Positions 30,385-40,372 are shown, numbered from the stretch's first letter. The stretch: DNA of 64,000 nt from an uncultured Verrucomicrobiae bacterium (GCA_963837955.1 CAWIPH010000002.1:3520001-3584000); one strand, 5' to 3'. Program-made: numbers and translations. Notes: generated by a model from the letters alone, not told the origin.

Positions 30385-30921
30385 CTAGAGCGCAGAAGCA
30401 GGTAGACTAGCCGGAAACGTGATTCGCTCGGTCGCCTGCCGAAGCTTGTCGTAAAGAGGACGCAATCCCTGAGGAATAATCCGGGTACCACTGGTCACCG
30501 TCATGAAATTATGGTCCCCCGCCCAGCGCGGCACGATATGAAGGTGCAAATGCGCGTCAACGCCAGCTCCCGCCGCAGCGCCGAGATTCCACCCAATGTT
30601 GAACGCTTCGGCCTTGACCACGTCACGGAGGAGATGCTGTGCGTAAATCGAAAGATCGATCAACTCGAGTTTTTCCGGCGCCGCCAGCTCTTCCAGCGAC
30701 GACACTTCGCGATAAGGAACCGCCATCAAATGACCGGCCGAGTATGGGTAAAGGTTCATTACCAAGAAAGTAGATTTACGACGATAAACGACGAAGTGAT
30801 CAACGTCGTTGGTGCTTTCTGCAGCACGGCGCAGGAAATCGCCGGAGTTATCATTACGCTCAAAATACTCCACTCGCCAAGGCGCCCAGAGCGACTCGAG
30901 AAAAGGCTTCAAATCATCCAC
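30385..30921 (-). CDS. HIT-family nucleotide hydrolase (Ap4A phosphorylase/FHIT-like); start uncertain
   Basis: LWAPWR..Y, NLYPYSAGHLM, AGAGV..HLHLHIVPRW.GD.NF. Confidence 0.92.
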   Translation of the reverse strand: MDDLKPFLESLWAPWRVEYFERNDNSGDFLRRAAESTNDVDHFVVYRRKSTFLVMNLYPYSAGHLMAVPYREVSSLEELAAPEKLELIDLSIYAQHLLRDVVKAEAFNIGWNLGAAAGAGVDAHLHLHIVPRWAGDHNFMTVTSGTRIIPQGLRPLYDKLRQATERITFPASLPASAL

Positions 30922-31008
30922 CCGACAAGATGAATCCCAATCGGCAACCGCCAACCAGAATTTTACGTCTTCCCACGCGGCCGCCAGGCGCGACAGTTGA
31001 ACGGGGTG

Positions 31009-34000
31009 CTATTTGAACACCGCGTTATTGATCACCTGACCCATGCCGTTCCCACTGATCTGGTTTTTCGTTCCGAACGTGGGTTTCGACTCCGTGTTGT
31101 ACGCGAGGCCATAATGGGCATTCTGTTGCAGCACGTTGGCACTCAAAAACGGAGCAGCGGATTTGATCGCAATCCCACTATCCCCATTCGATTGACAGAC
31201 GTTCTCGGTCGCTCGCCCATGTGCGCCGTTGGTGAAATGGATCCCGTGAATCTTGTTTGACCGGCACACGTTCTTGAGCAGCTCCGGATCGGTTCCCGGT
31301 TCGTATACGGCAATCCCAAACTGCTCATTCTGTTCGCAAGCGTTTTGTTCGGCTCTGCCGCGCGCTCCTCTCCCGAAATAGATACCGTTATGCTTGTTTG
31401 ATCGACACTGATTGTTGATCAGCTGAGGCTCGCTGCCGTTATCAAATACGGCAATTCCGGTATCCTCATTCTGTTCGCACACGTTTTCCTCGACCTTCGA
31501 CCGAACACCGCCAAATAAGTAGATACCGTGAACCTTGTTGAACCGGCATTGGTTGTTAATCAACTCCGGTTCCGTGCCGAGCTCGGACACACCGATGCCA
31601 GATTCATCATTTTGCTCGCACGTATTCCCCTCGGCTTTGCCGAGCGCCCCTTTGCCGAAATAAATGCCGAAATGCTTGTTTGATTTGCAGGTGTTATTAA
31701 TGAGCGCCGGGGCAGCGCCGCTAAAAAACACACCAATCCCGCTATCGTCATTCTGTTCGCAGACGTTTCCCTCTGCGTTGCCGTGAGCGTCCGTTTGGAA
31801 GCCGATGCCGTGCCGCTTATTGAGCCGGCATTCATTGTTTGTGAGTGTCGGCGCGGACCCGCCCCCAATGACCAAGATTCCGTCCAGTTGGTTTTGCTCG
31901 CAGACATTGTTTTGAGCACTTCCTTGGGCACCATTGGAAAACGCGATTCCAGAGCTCGCATTAGAGCGAAGTTGGTTCTCAATCAGCGTCGGTGCGGACT
32001 CAGAACCATCGACGTCGATTCCACAGTCCGCGGAACTCGTAGCTCGGCAATTTTTTATGATGATCGACGAATTCATAATGATGATTGCGTCGATCTTGAA
32101 AAGATTGCCGGCCGCTGGCCGCGCGTCAGCTCCTGTCTGTTCAAAGCTCAACTGTTCTACTTGACCAGATTTGCAATTACGAACCTCGAGCGGAGCATCA
32201 TAACTGCTCTGACCAGCCACTCCGGTCGGAGACGCCGAATAACGAACAATCGTTGTCTCCGCGTTTTCGCCCTTTAGGTTTATTCCTTCCTTAAATTTGA
32301 GCTTTTCGTTATAAACTCCGGCCCTCACCAGCACGGTATCGCCGGCTTTAGCAGCATCGATAGCTGATTGGATAGCGGCATACTGTTCGGGAACAGCAAG
32401 GGTTCTGGCCAAGGAACTTGGGTTTTTCTCCTCCTCGACCGGCTTTTCGTTGCTCTCTTTCTTGACCACTTGCTCCTGCTGGATCTTTTCCGCCGCAGCT
32501 TTGAAGAACTGTTGAATCGTGAAATAGCATGCGACAGCCCCAAGGCAGAGTATCAGGAACGTAGCCGCCCCGACCCAAATGATTGGATTCTGCCAAACCG
32601 ACTTTGCCGTCCGATCTTTTGGTCGTTTGACGTCACCGAACGGAACCGATCCGCGTTTCAAGTTACTCGCGGAACTCGGCGCCGAAAACGCAGTAGCCGG
32701 CAACGGCGGCGGCAAAACGGGAGGTATTACAGTCGATTGTTCGGCCGCCGGCGGACGATCGACCGGCGGGAAGGCGCTACTTCCTGAAGATCGCTGTAAT
32801 GGCTCGGGCGAAGCCGAAGCGGATCGACCCAGGATGGCGTTGATGTGGTCGGCAGCTTGTAGAAGGTGCACCTCGAGCGGTGTCGATAACGCGTCCAGCC
32901 AATGGATGTTGCCCAGGAAAAACCGAAATGCGCCGGTCGGATCCACTTTCTCGATACGGAAAGGTACCACCGTGACATCGGCGCCAAAGGCGCACTCCAC
33001 CTCCCGCTTGATCTGCTGAGAACGATTGGCGTGAGAGGAGAAGATGAGCAGCATAACGGTTGAGCCGGTGATGGCTTCGACGATCGAATCACCCCAGTCG
33101 GCTCCCGGCGCAATGTCGCGTGGAGCAACCCAACAGCGGATCGATTGCTGCTCAAGAATGGCACAGGCAGCGTCAGCGACTGCTTTATCGTTGCTCGAGT
33201 AACTGATGAAGACATCCTGCGTTTTCGAACTGACGCCCGCAGCCGAGGCCAACGCCCGCTTGAATGCGTTGGCCATTTCGGTCGCTGACCCGAATTCGTC
33301 CACCGCACCTCTCCGCAAAATCACGTTCGCCTCTTCATTGATCTCGGCAAGCGGCGACATCCGCCCAGATGTTTCGACCTGGTTTCTTTGCCCGCCCAGC
33401 AACTCGTAACCGAGCAGACTGAGCAATCGGAGGTAACTGCTTCTTGGGCCAGCAGCGCCGGGGGCGTTAAGCAACGTCACTTCACCTTGCCATGTCGCTG
33501 CGCCCACGGATGTCCCCGAACTCGACTCCACTAATGACAAATCGATTGGATCGACCTTCAGTTCCAACGGCTTCCAAGAATCAAGCCGGCGCTCCGCTAA
33601 CGGGGTCGGGTCATGATCGGCGGATCTGGCAGAACTACGCAAACGAATGCCAGGCAACGTGAGGTCGACTAGTCGCAGACCCTGCCGCTGCGCGTGATCG
33701 GCGAGAGGCGCCAGCCGAGTCAGAAGAATCGCAACTTCCGGAGGAGTCAGCTGTTGGCGGGTTCGCAGGAGATCTTGCAGCGAAAGCCCGAACTCCGCCT
33801 CCTCGACCAGAAAGGTCCGGTCAGCAGTCTCCTCTAACGCATAGACAGTCCGCAACAGCGGGTGTGGTGTATTTCGAACTAGCTCAATTTGGGTCCTCAA
33901 CGCGGCCAGAAAACCTGGACTGGATAGGATGTCGCGATTGAAGATGAAGACTTCGACCGGCTCGTCCGTCCGCTCGTCCAGCGCGTGGAACCATTGTCCT

Positions 34001-34914
34001 TGGGGGGTCTCTTCCTGGGGTTCCTTCAGCTTAAAACGCTCGGCTCCAGCCGGAGCGGAAAGATCCCGGAGAGTACCCTCAATCAAGTGGCGGAGTTCGG
34101 CGGCAGTCTGGGGCCGCTTTTCTCGCTCCTTTTCCATCATCCGTTGAACCAACTCAACCACCGACTCCGGCTGGTTCGAGAGCGCTTCCGTCGGAATTGC
34201 TTTGTAGAGATGATAGCTCATCACCTCGCCCGCGGCCCCAGTGAATGGAGGTCTTCCGATCAGGATAAAGAAAAGAGTTGCTCCCAAAGAGTAAATATCC
34301 GAGCGGACGTCCAAATCGCTTTCTCGGATCTGTTCCGGGCTGGCAAACTCGGCCGTGCCGACAAATCCTCCGGCAATCGTGAACGCTCCAGACGCTTCAC
34401 CAGATGGATGGATCTTTTTGGCTAGACCGAAATCAATGATCTTTACGATTTGCTCGTCCTCTTCCTCGGTCAGCATCAAGTTGGCAGGCTTCAGGTCCCT
34501 GTGCACCAGTTGCTGCCGTTCCGCGGCGGCTAACGCCGATGAGATTTGCAACATCAAGCCGAGGGCCTCCCACGGATTGAGCGGTCCGTCACGCTGAATC
34601 TTATCTTTGACGGTGATCCCCTCGATCAACTCCATCACATAAAAGTATTGGTCCTGATCCGTTCCGAGATCGTAGACCGAAGCTATGTTCGGGTGGCGCA
34701 GACCGGCAGCGGAGCGTGCTTCCCGCAAAAATTGTTGGCGGGCGATGTCGTTTCCAAGATAGGCATCGTTGATAATCTTCAGGGCCACCTGGCGCTGTAA
34801 GTTCGTGTCAAACGCCTTGTAGGTCGTGCCCATCGCCCCGGAACCGAGCGCCCATTGCGTTCCATCCGGATGTTGCAAGATCTCGTATTGCTTGTAGCGC
34901 TTGATCTCTGGCAT
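31009..34914 (-). CDS. Membrane receptor-like protein: Ser/Thr kinase - pseudokinase - TIR - TM - parallel beta-helix
   Basis: GSGAMG, VALK, HRDLKPAN, DFG, SPE; second degenerate kinase fold; DVFISYS..IKREV TIR; TM helix; 47-aa GI-N repeats. Confidence 0.9.
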   Translation of the reverse strand: MPEIKRYKQYEILQHPDGTQWALGSGAMGTTYKAFDTNLQRQVALKIINDAYLGNDIARQQFLREARSAAGLRHPNIASVYDLGTDQDQYFYVMELIEGITVKDKIQRDGPLNPWEALGLMLQISSALAAAERQQLVHRDLKPANLMLTEEEDEQIVKIIDFGLAKKIHPSGEASGAFTIAGGFVGTAEFASPEQIRESDLDVRSDIYSLGATLFFILIGRPPFTGAAGEVMSYHLYKAIPTEALSNQPESVVELVQRMMEKEREKRPQTAAELRHLIEGTLRDLSAPAGAERFKLKEPQEETPQGQWFHALDERTDEPVEVFIFNRDILSSPGFLAALRTQIELVRNTPHPLLRTVYALEETADRTFLVEEAEFGLSLQDLLRTRQQLTPPEVAILLTRLAPLADHAQRQGLRLVDLTLPGIRLRSSARSADHDPTPLAERRLDSWKPLELKVDPIDLSLVESSSGTSVGAATWQGEVTLLNAPGAAGPRSSYLRLLSLLGYELLGGQRNQVETSGRMSPLAEINEEANVILRRGAVDEFGSATEMANAFKRALASAAGVSSKTQDVFISYSSNDKAVADAACAILEQQSIRCWVAPRDIAPGADWGDSIVEAITGSTVMLLIFSSHANRSQQIKREVECAFGADVTVVPFRIEKVDPTGAFRFFLGNIHWLDALSTPLEVHLLQAADHINAILGRSASASPEPLQRSSGSSAFPPVDRPPAAEQSTVIPPVLPPPLPATAFSAPSSASNLKRGSVPFGDVKRPKDRTAKSVWQNPIIWVGAATFLILCLGAVACYFTIQQFFKAAAEKIQQEQVVKKESNEKPVEEEKNPSSLARTLAVPEQYAAIQSAIDAAKAGDTVLVRAGVYNEKLKFKEGINLKGENAETTIVRYSASPTGVAGQSSYDAPLEVRNCKSGQVEQLSFEQTGADARPAAGNLFKIDAIIIMNSSIIIKNCRATSSADCGIDVDGSESAPTLIENQLRSNASSGIAFSNGAQGSAQNNVCEQNQLDGILVIGGGSAPTLTNNECRLNKRHGIGFQTDAHGNAEGNVCEQNDDSGIGVFFSGAAPALINNTCKSNKHFGIYFGKGALGKAEGNTCEQNDESGIGVSELGTEPELINNQCRFNKVHGIYLFGGVRSKVEENVCEQNEDTGIAVFDNGSEPQLINNQCRSNKHNGIYFGRGARGRAEQNACEQNEQFGIAVYEPGTDPELLKNVCRSNKIHGIHFTNGAHGRATENVCQSNGDSGIAIKSAAPFLSANVLQQNAHYGLAYNTESKPTFGTKNQISGNGMGQVINNAVFK

Positions 34915-35014
34915 ACAGGTCCGCTTCGGAAGAGCTGAGTTTTAGGTTAAAATGGGTGCTCTTCAAGGCAGAAAAGCGATACCAGCGGTATCTATCGCAA
35001 CGGATCCCAAAACG

Positions 35015-36148
35015 CTAGATTCGGGCAACGTCTTGCCCAAGCTCATGCAATATCGCTTCGGCTGCACGATGACCTGCTTCTCCTTCCGCTAGCTGAAGGA
35101 TAATCTCGTCCATCGATTTGATCATAGTCGTCCGAGTCGCTTCGTCCGAATAAAGTGACCAAACCGATTCGGCGATCCGTTCCGGAACAGCATGGTGTTG
35201 GACAAATTCCGGAATAATCGGCGGTTTAGCCGCCAGAATATTTGGCATTCCAAGATAATTGATCTTCACCAGCAATCGCCCGGGGACGAAGGTAAACCAC
35301 GAAACTTTGTACAGTAGAACAAACGGAAACCGGAAAAAACTCGCTTCCATCGTGGCAGTGCCGGAAGCAATCATTCCAATGGACGCCCGTTGCATCAGCT
35401 CGTTCGCGTGACGCACTTTGATAGGAATACCAGGAAAGCCGCTCCGACGAGCAACCTCCTCGATTATTTCGCGCAACTTCTCCGATGCCGCCGAGATTTC
35501 GAAAAGGATGGAAGGATCTCGCTCCAACAAGATGCGGGCGGCTTCCAGCATGATCGGCAGTATCCGGCGCACCTCTCGTTCGCGACTTCCCGGCAGCAGG
35601 CCAATCAGGTGGGGATCACGCTGCACCGATATTCGCTTCGCCTCGAGCTCTGCGATCATCGGATGGCCGACAAACTCCGTGCGTAAGCCGCTCGCCTCAT
35701 ACAGTGGCTTTTCGAATGGGAAGATGCACATCATCAGATCGAGATACTTCGCCATTTTCGGAATCCGCCCCCGATTCCAGGCCCACACCTGAGGGCTAAT
35801 GTAATAGATCTTTTTGCCGGGATAGCCCTTGCGGTGCAAGTAATCTGCCAACCGAAGATTGAATCCGGGATAATCTACGAAAATCACCGCGTCTGGCAGG
35901 AGTCGGCTGATCTCCCGGAACATCCGGTTGAACTGCGCACGAAAGTACGGGTATTTCAGCAACACATCCCAGAGACCGACGACAGCTTCGTGGGCCCATT
36001 CGAAGATCTGCGAGCCACCTACCTCCCGCATCCTTGGACCGCCGGCACCGTAAAATTGAATGTCTGGCCGCAACGATTGCAGTTCATGCATCAGTACCGC
36101 GGCGTGCGCGTCGCCACTAGACTCCCCTGCTATGACGTAAAGCTTCAT
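35015..36148 (-). CDS. lpxB: Lipid-A disaccharide synthase
   Basis: AGESSGD, DYPGFN, YISPQVWAW, FPFE, VGHP, LLPGSR, SGTATME. Confidence 0.96.
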   Translation of the reverse strand: MKLYVIAGESSGDAHAAVLMHELQSLRPDIQFYGAGGPRMREVGGSQIFEWAHEAVVGLWDVLLKYPYFRAQFNRMFREISRLLPDAVIFVDYPGFNLRLADYLHRKGYPGKKIYYISPQVWAWNRGRIPKMAKYLDLMMCIFPFEKPLYEASGLRTEFVGHPMIAELEAKRISVQRDPHLIGLLPGSREREVRRILPIMLEAARILLERDPSILFEISAASEKLREIIEEVARRSGFPGIPIKVRHANELMQRASIGMIASGTATMEASFFRFPFVLLYKVSWFTFVPGRLLVKINYLGMPNILAAKPPIIPEFVQHHAVPERIAESVWSLYSDEATRTTMIKSMDEIILQLAEGEAGHRAAEAILHELGQDVARI

Positions 36149-36199
36149 GAACTACCTGCTGTGGACGATAGCGAATTTCTAAAATCCGCCCAGCGGGAA

Positions 36200-37138
36200 T
36201 CACCGTTGTTGGCTGGCAAGAAAGGCTCCGATCAATTCCGTAATTTCGGTGGCTAATTCTAAGGCGGCAGTGGCTCCGGAACCCGAGACTACCGGTTGCA
36301 GTCCGCGGCGCGCGCACTCGACAAAGGACTGCAGTTCTCGTTTTAACGGCTCCTCTTTTTCGATGGCTACGGTTTCTCGAGTTATCTGCCCATCAATTAG
36401 GCGAAAAATTTCTCCGGCTTGTGCCTGGTAATCTAGTGAAAGATAAGCGTCCTCCTGGAAAACGCGGATCTTGCGCATTTTTTCCGGACTGATTCGGCTG
36501 GCCGTCACGTTGGCCACGCAGCCGTTCTCAAAGCGGATACGAGCATTTGCGATATCTTCTCCCTTACTGAGAACGGGGACACCGACCGCATCGATACTCT
36601 GCACCGGAGAACGGACTAGATGCAAAATGATTTCCAAATCATGGATCATCAGATCCAGGACCACGCCGATCTCGACACTACGAAAAGGGTATGGCGTGAG
36701 CCGATGCGATTCAATGAATCGAGGACGAGTGAGTCGCTGTTCAAGGGCGCTCAGCACCGGGTTAAATCGTTCAATATGGCCAACCTGAAGGATCAATGAG
36801 CCTTCTCGGGCCAGCCGGACCAGCTCTTCGGCTTGAACCGGCGTTTCGGTGATCGGTTTTTCAATCAAGACATGCTTTCCGCGCGCGAGGAGTGCTTTCC
36901 CGATCTCGTAGTGAACCGCGGTCGGCGCCGCTACCGTAGCGACGTCGATTAACGAAATAAATTCATCCAACGAATGGGCGACCTTCGCTCCATACTCGGC
37001 AGCGATTGCTTCAGCTGATTCACGATTGATATCAAACACCGCAGAGAACTGCGCATCCGGCAATTCGGCGTAGATGCGGGCATGGTTTTTCCCGATGCTG
37101 CCGACACCTACAACTCCGACTCTGATTAACTCGCTCAT
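36200..37138 (-). CDS. Gfo/Idh/MocA oxidoreductase, likely GnnA-like UDP-GlcNAc 3-dehydrogenase
   Basis: GVGSIG, EKP, VGHIERFNP, VVLDLMIHDL, ASRIS; lies between lpxI and lpxB. Confidence 0.85.
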   Translation of the reverse strand: MSELIRVGVVGVGSIGKNHARIYAELPDAQFSAVFDINRESAEAIAAEYGAKVAHSLDEFISLIDVATVAAPTAVHYEIGKALLARGKHVLIEKPITETPVQAEELVRLAREGSLILQVGHIERFNPVLSALEQRLTRPRFIESHRLTPYPFRSVEIGVVLDLMIHDLEIILHLVRSPVQSIDAVGVPVLSKGEDIANARIRFENGCVANVTASRISPEKMRKIRVFQEDAYLSLDYQAQAGEIFRLIDGQITRETVAIEKEEPLKRELQSFVECARRGLQPVVSGSGATAALELATEITELIGAFLASQQR

Positions 37139-37950
37139 TCGCTCATTCCGTAAATCGAAACTTGATGCTGCTGCGCGGCAGTCTCGACGGCAGGCCGGTC
37201 AAGCAACAGGGTCTTCCCAGCCTCAACTGCCATCAGCTTTACACCCGTCTCGGCCGCAACTTCAATCGTCTGACAGCCAATAACCGGAACATCGAACCGA
37301 AAATCCTGGTTTGGTTTGGATACTTTGACAACCACAGCCAGCCCTTTACCGAGGGCGGCGCCCCGTCGAATCGCTTCATTCGTTCCTTCAAATGCTTCGA
37401 CTGCCAAAACGGTACCATGACGGATGACAACCGTCTGGCCGATGTCCAAACGGCTTACTTCTTTGGCGATGGTAAATCCGTATGCGGCATCGTCCAAGAG
37501 GCGTCGCTTCGCCTTTGGTCCGGCCAACCAACCGGCACCGGCCAGCGACTCCTCCAAAAACGTCGTCGCCGGCAGCAGCGTAACGCCTGCATTGGCCAAT
37601 TCCGTCGCTACTCCTCCAAAAAGGGTCTCCGCATTTCGTTTTTTGAGCGTACTTAACAACATCAGCACCTTAAGATCTGGTCGAAGCTCGAACAAATTCT
37701 TCGGCGCAATCTGCCCTGCCATTATTGCGTGCTGCGCGCCCACCCGATTGAAATATTTTAATAATCGGCTGAGTTGTCCCACGCGCAGCCATTCTATCGT
37801 GTCGGCCGAATCTGCCAAATCGGGACGAGTCTCATTCTCAAACGCAGCCACATGGATCTCGCGAACGCCCTGCTGGCGAGCCGCGCGAGCTACCAACAAC
37901 GGATAGATGCCGTTACCGGCTATAAGTCCAAGAGTGGCTATCTCTGACAT
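37135..37950 (-). CDS. lpxI: UDP-2,3-diacylglucosamine diphosphatase
   Basis: GLIAGNG.YP, DIGQTVV, AVEAFEGT, KPNQDFRFDVPVIG. Confidence 0.93.
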   Translation of the reverse strand: MSEIATLGLIAGNGIYPLLVARAARQQGVREIHVAAFENETRPDLADSADTIEWLRVGQLSRLLKYFNRVGAQHAIMAGQIAPKNLFELRPDLKVLMLLSTLKKRNAETLFGGVATELANAGVTLLPATTFLEESLAGAGWLAGPKAKRRLLDDAAYGFTIAKEVSRLDIGQTVVIRHGTVLAVEAFEGTNEAIRRGAALGKGLAVVVKVSKPNQDFRFDVPVIGCQTIEVAAETGVKLMAVEAGKTLLLDRPAVETAAQQHQVSIYGMSE

Positions 37951-37991
37951 GCAGAGTCTTAGGTGGTCTGGGTATCATGGGCAGTCAAGCG

Positions 37992-38819
37992 CTACGACGG
38001 ATTCAATTGCCCGGTGAACGTCCAAAAATTTTCGCCAAACTCAGCCTGGAATCGCTGCCGCAACGCTTCGGCCGCTGCGGGACTGCGAGTGATGGCAAAC
38101 ATTGTCGAACCGGATCCTGACATTAACGTGATCTCTGTCTCAGGTTGATTTCGAAACCATAATTTTATTTCCGGGAGCAGCAAATACTTAGGAAAAACCG
38201 CGGGTTCCAAATCATTGCGCAGAGGACCCCAAGCTGACTCCACTTTCTCTCCCCGTTTCCCCTTCTCTGGCAACTTGGTGTACGCAGCGTAAGCGCCTGC
38301 GGTGGATACGACGAAGCCGGGCTTCACCAAGCAGATCCAGCGATCGTCCGGAAACTCTCGCGGTTCCATTTTTTCGCCCCGTCCCGTACACCAGGCCGAC
38401 CGACTTTCGACAAAAAAAGCGACGTCCGAACCCAGCTCGGCCGCGATCGCTCGCAAAGCTTCCAACGGAAGCGCGTCCCCCGCCATGCGATTCAATAGCC
38501 GAAGGGTTGCCGCTGCGTCGCTGCTACCGCCTCCCAATCCAGCTCCGAGGGGAATGTTCTTTTCCAAAACAATCCGGTAAAGCCGCCGGTCTCCACTCAC
38601 TTTTTGGAAGGCGTCGACAGCCCGGATTACCAAGTTCGAATCATCGCTCCGTAACCCTGGGACATTTGATTCAAAAGAAAACTCAGTGGCAGGTTCGATC
38701 GCTAGAATGTCATATAGGGCAATCGGGGTCATCCAGGTGGCCAATTCATGGAAGCCGTCCGAGCGTATGCCGAGAATCTCGAGGGTAAGATTAATCTTGG
38801 CCGGAGTGAATATCCTCAT
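37992..38819 (-). CDS. ispE: 4-diphosphocytidyl-2-C-methyl-D-erythritol kinase
   Basis: PAKINLTL, DGFHEL, IPLGAGLGGGSSDAA, GSDV, NDLE, MSGSGS. Confidence 0.96.
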   Translation of the reverse strand: MRIFTPAKINLTLEILGIRSDGFHELATWMTPIALYDILAIEPATEFSFESNVPGLRSDDSNLVIRAVDAFQKVSGDRRLYRIVLEKNIPLGAGLGGGSSDAAATLRLLNRMAGDALPLEALRAIAAELGSDVAFFVESRSAWCTGRGEKMEPREFPDDRWICLVKPGFVVSTAGAYAAYTKLPEKGKRGEKVESAWGPLRNDLEPAVFPKYLLLPEIKLWFRNQPETEITLMSGSGSTMFAITRSPAAAEALRQRFQAEFGENFWTFTGQLNPS

Positions 38820-39546
38820 GCAAGGTCATCCTGTGAAAGATCTCTTACGGGCTAAAGAGAAAATTATCGTTCCGCTGGATGTTGCTTCCGCGGAAGAAGC
38901 ACGAGTCCTGGTGCAGCGACTCGTAGGCCAGGTGGGATGGTTCAAAGTGGGACTACAACTGTTCACGACAATGGGTCCAGCAATCGTGGAAGAGATCAAA
39001 AATGGCGGTGCAAAGGTTTTTCTCGACCTGAAATTTCATGACATCCCCAACACGGTGTTGCAAGCGGTCCGATCGGCCTGTGCCTTGGGAGCGGATATGC
39101 TGACGATCCACCTAGCCGGCGGTTCCGAAATGTGTCGAGCCGCGGTCGAAGGCAGTGCGGGATCGTCCGCCTTACTTCTGGGAGTTACGGTACTGACGAG
39201 TCAAAACGAGCGGGTTCTGGCTGAGGTAGGGACCAAGGCAAATGTAACGGAGCAGGTGCTCCTGCTGGCGACCCTGGCAAAGGCTGCAAGCATCACCGGT
39301 CTGGTAGCGAGTCCACACGAAATTGCGCCGCTCCGCGAACGGTTTGGGTCGTATTTCACGATAGTCACGCCCGGTGTTCGGCCAATCGGAGCCGATCGAG
39401 GAGATCAAAAACGAGTGATGACTCCGGCCGAAGCACTCAAAGCCGGTTCCGACTTTTTGGTGATCGGACGTCCAATCACCGCAGCACCGGACCCGGTGAC
39501 GGCACTGAACCGGATTATCGAAGAGTTGGCGTGCAGTGCGCAGTAA
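38818..39546 (+). CDS. pyrF: Orotidine-5'-phosphate decarboxylase (start ATG 38818 or GTG 38833)
   Basis: FLDLKFHDIPNTV, VTVLTS, TPGVRP, DQKRVMTP, VIGRPI. Confidence 0.96.
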   Translation: MQGHPVKDLLRAKEKIIVPLDVASAEEARVLVQRLVGQVGWFKVGLQLFTTMGPAIVEEIKNGGAKVFLDLKFHDIPNTVLQAVRSACALGADMLTIHLAGGSEMCRAAVEGSAGSSALLLGVTVLTSQNERVLAEVGTKANVTEQVLLLATLAKAASITGLVASPHEIAPLRERFGSYFTIVTPGVRPIGADRGDQKRVMTPAEALKAGSDFLVIGRPITAAPDPVTALNRIIEELACSAQ

Positions 39547-39795
39547 GCAGTAATCGGGGAGCCGATACGCCGAAGGCGTTAAAGGACTCAGCCCGGGGTG
39601 GAGGCTTTGCGCAACCCCGGGGGTAACCCCAAAAATGCGCGTCCGCTCTGAAAGAGCGCAAGAAATCAAGATTACCTCAAACCCAATTGTCACGCGCTTT
39701 CAGCGCTGATCGGTTATTGACCCTGTTCCTAAGCCTTCACCCTAGGCTATCCTGAAACCGCCTTCGGCGCTTTGCTCACCGCTTACTGCTTACTG
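39541..39795. repeat. Palindromic CGCCGAAGGCG-type element (39568-39769) flanked by inverted TACTGCT heptamers
   Basis: CGCCGAAGGCG / CGCCTTCGGCG ends; CAGTAAGCAGTAA (39541-39553) / TTACTGCTTACTG (39783-39795). Confidence 0.8.
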
Positions 39796-39799
39796 GATC

Positions 39800-40294
39800 T
39801 CACGTCAGTACCAAATCATACCGGACCTCAGCGCTCTCCCGTCCCCAAGCCAATGTCTTCTTCACTTCGGTCTGTCTAAATCCAAGCGAAGAATAAATAG
39901 AAATCGCTCGGTCCAGACCTTGAACGGTCCATAAGAACACCGTCCGAAAACCCGATGTACGGCAATAGCGCACAGACTCTTCCACCAGCCAACGCCCGAG
40001 CCCACAACCCCGAATAGACGCATCAACAAATAGCAACCGAAGCTGAGCCTGGTTTTCCGGTAGCTCAAAGATAAAGACCGACCCGACTACTGACCCCTTT
40101 TGTTTGGCCAACCAAACCTTTGATCGATCGCCTGTCGATTCGAGAATGAAGGCCGCTGCGATCTTCGCACAATAAGCCTCGTGCACAGCATTGAATTTGT
40201 AATCCTGGAAGTTCTGGACTCCGTGAATCAAAATCAGCTGGCCCAAATCGCCCGGTTCGAAAGTATGATGAATGGATATGCCGGATTGCAGCAT
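39800..40294 (-). CDS. GNAT-family acetyltransferase
   Basis: AQLRLLFVD..RG.GLGR acetyl-CoA motif, LWT, Y..LGF. Confidence 0.88.
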   Translation of the reverse strand: MLQSGISIHHTFEPGDLGQLILIHGVQNFQDYKFNAVHEAYCAKIAAAFILESTGDRSKVWLAKQKGSVVGSVFIFELPENQAQLRLLFVDASIRGCGLGRWLVEESVRYCRTSGFRTVFLWTVQGLDRAISIYSSLGFRQTEVKKTLAWGRESAEVRYDLVLT

Positions 40295-40372
40295 CTTTGC
40301 CGACGCGACGCTTCGGCAAATTGAGTCGATTCGAGGCGATCCATATGCGGGGCGAGGGCGATCTCTTGAGCT

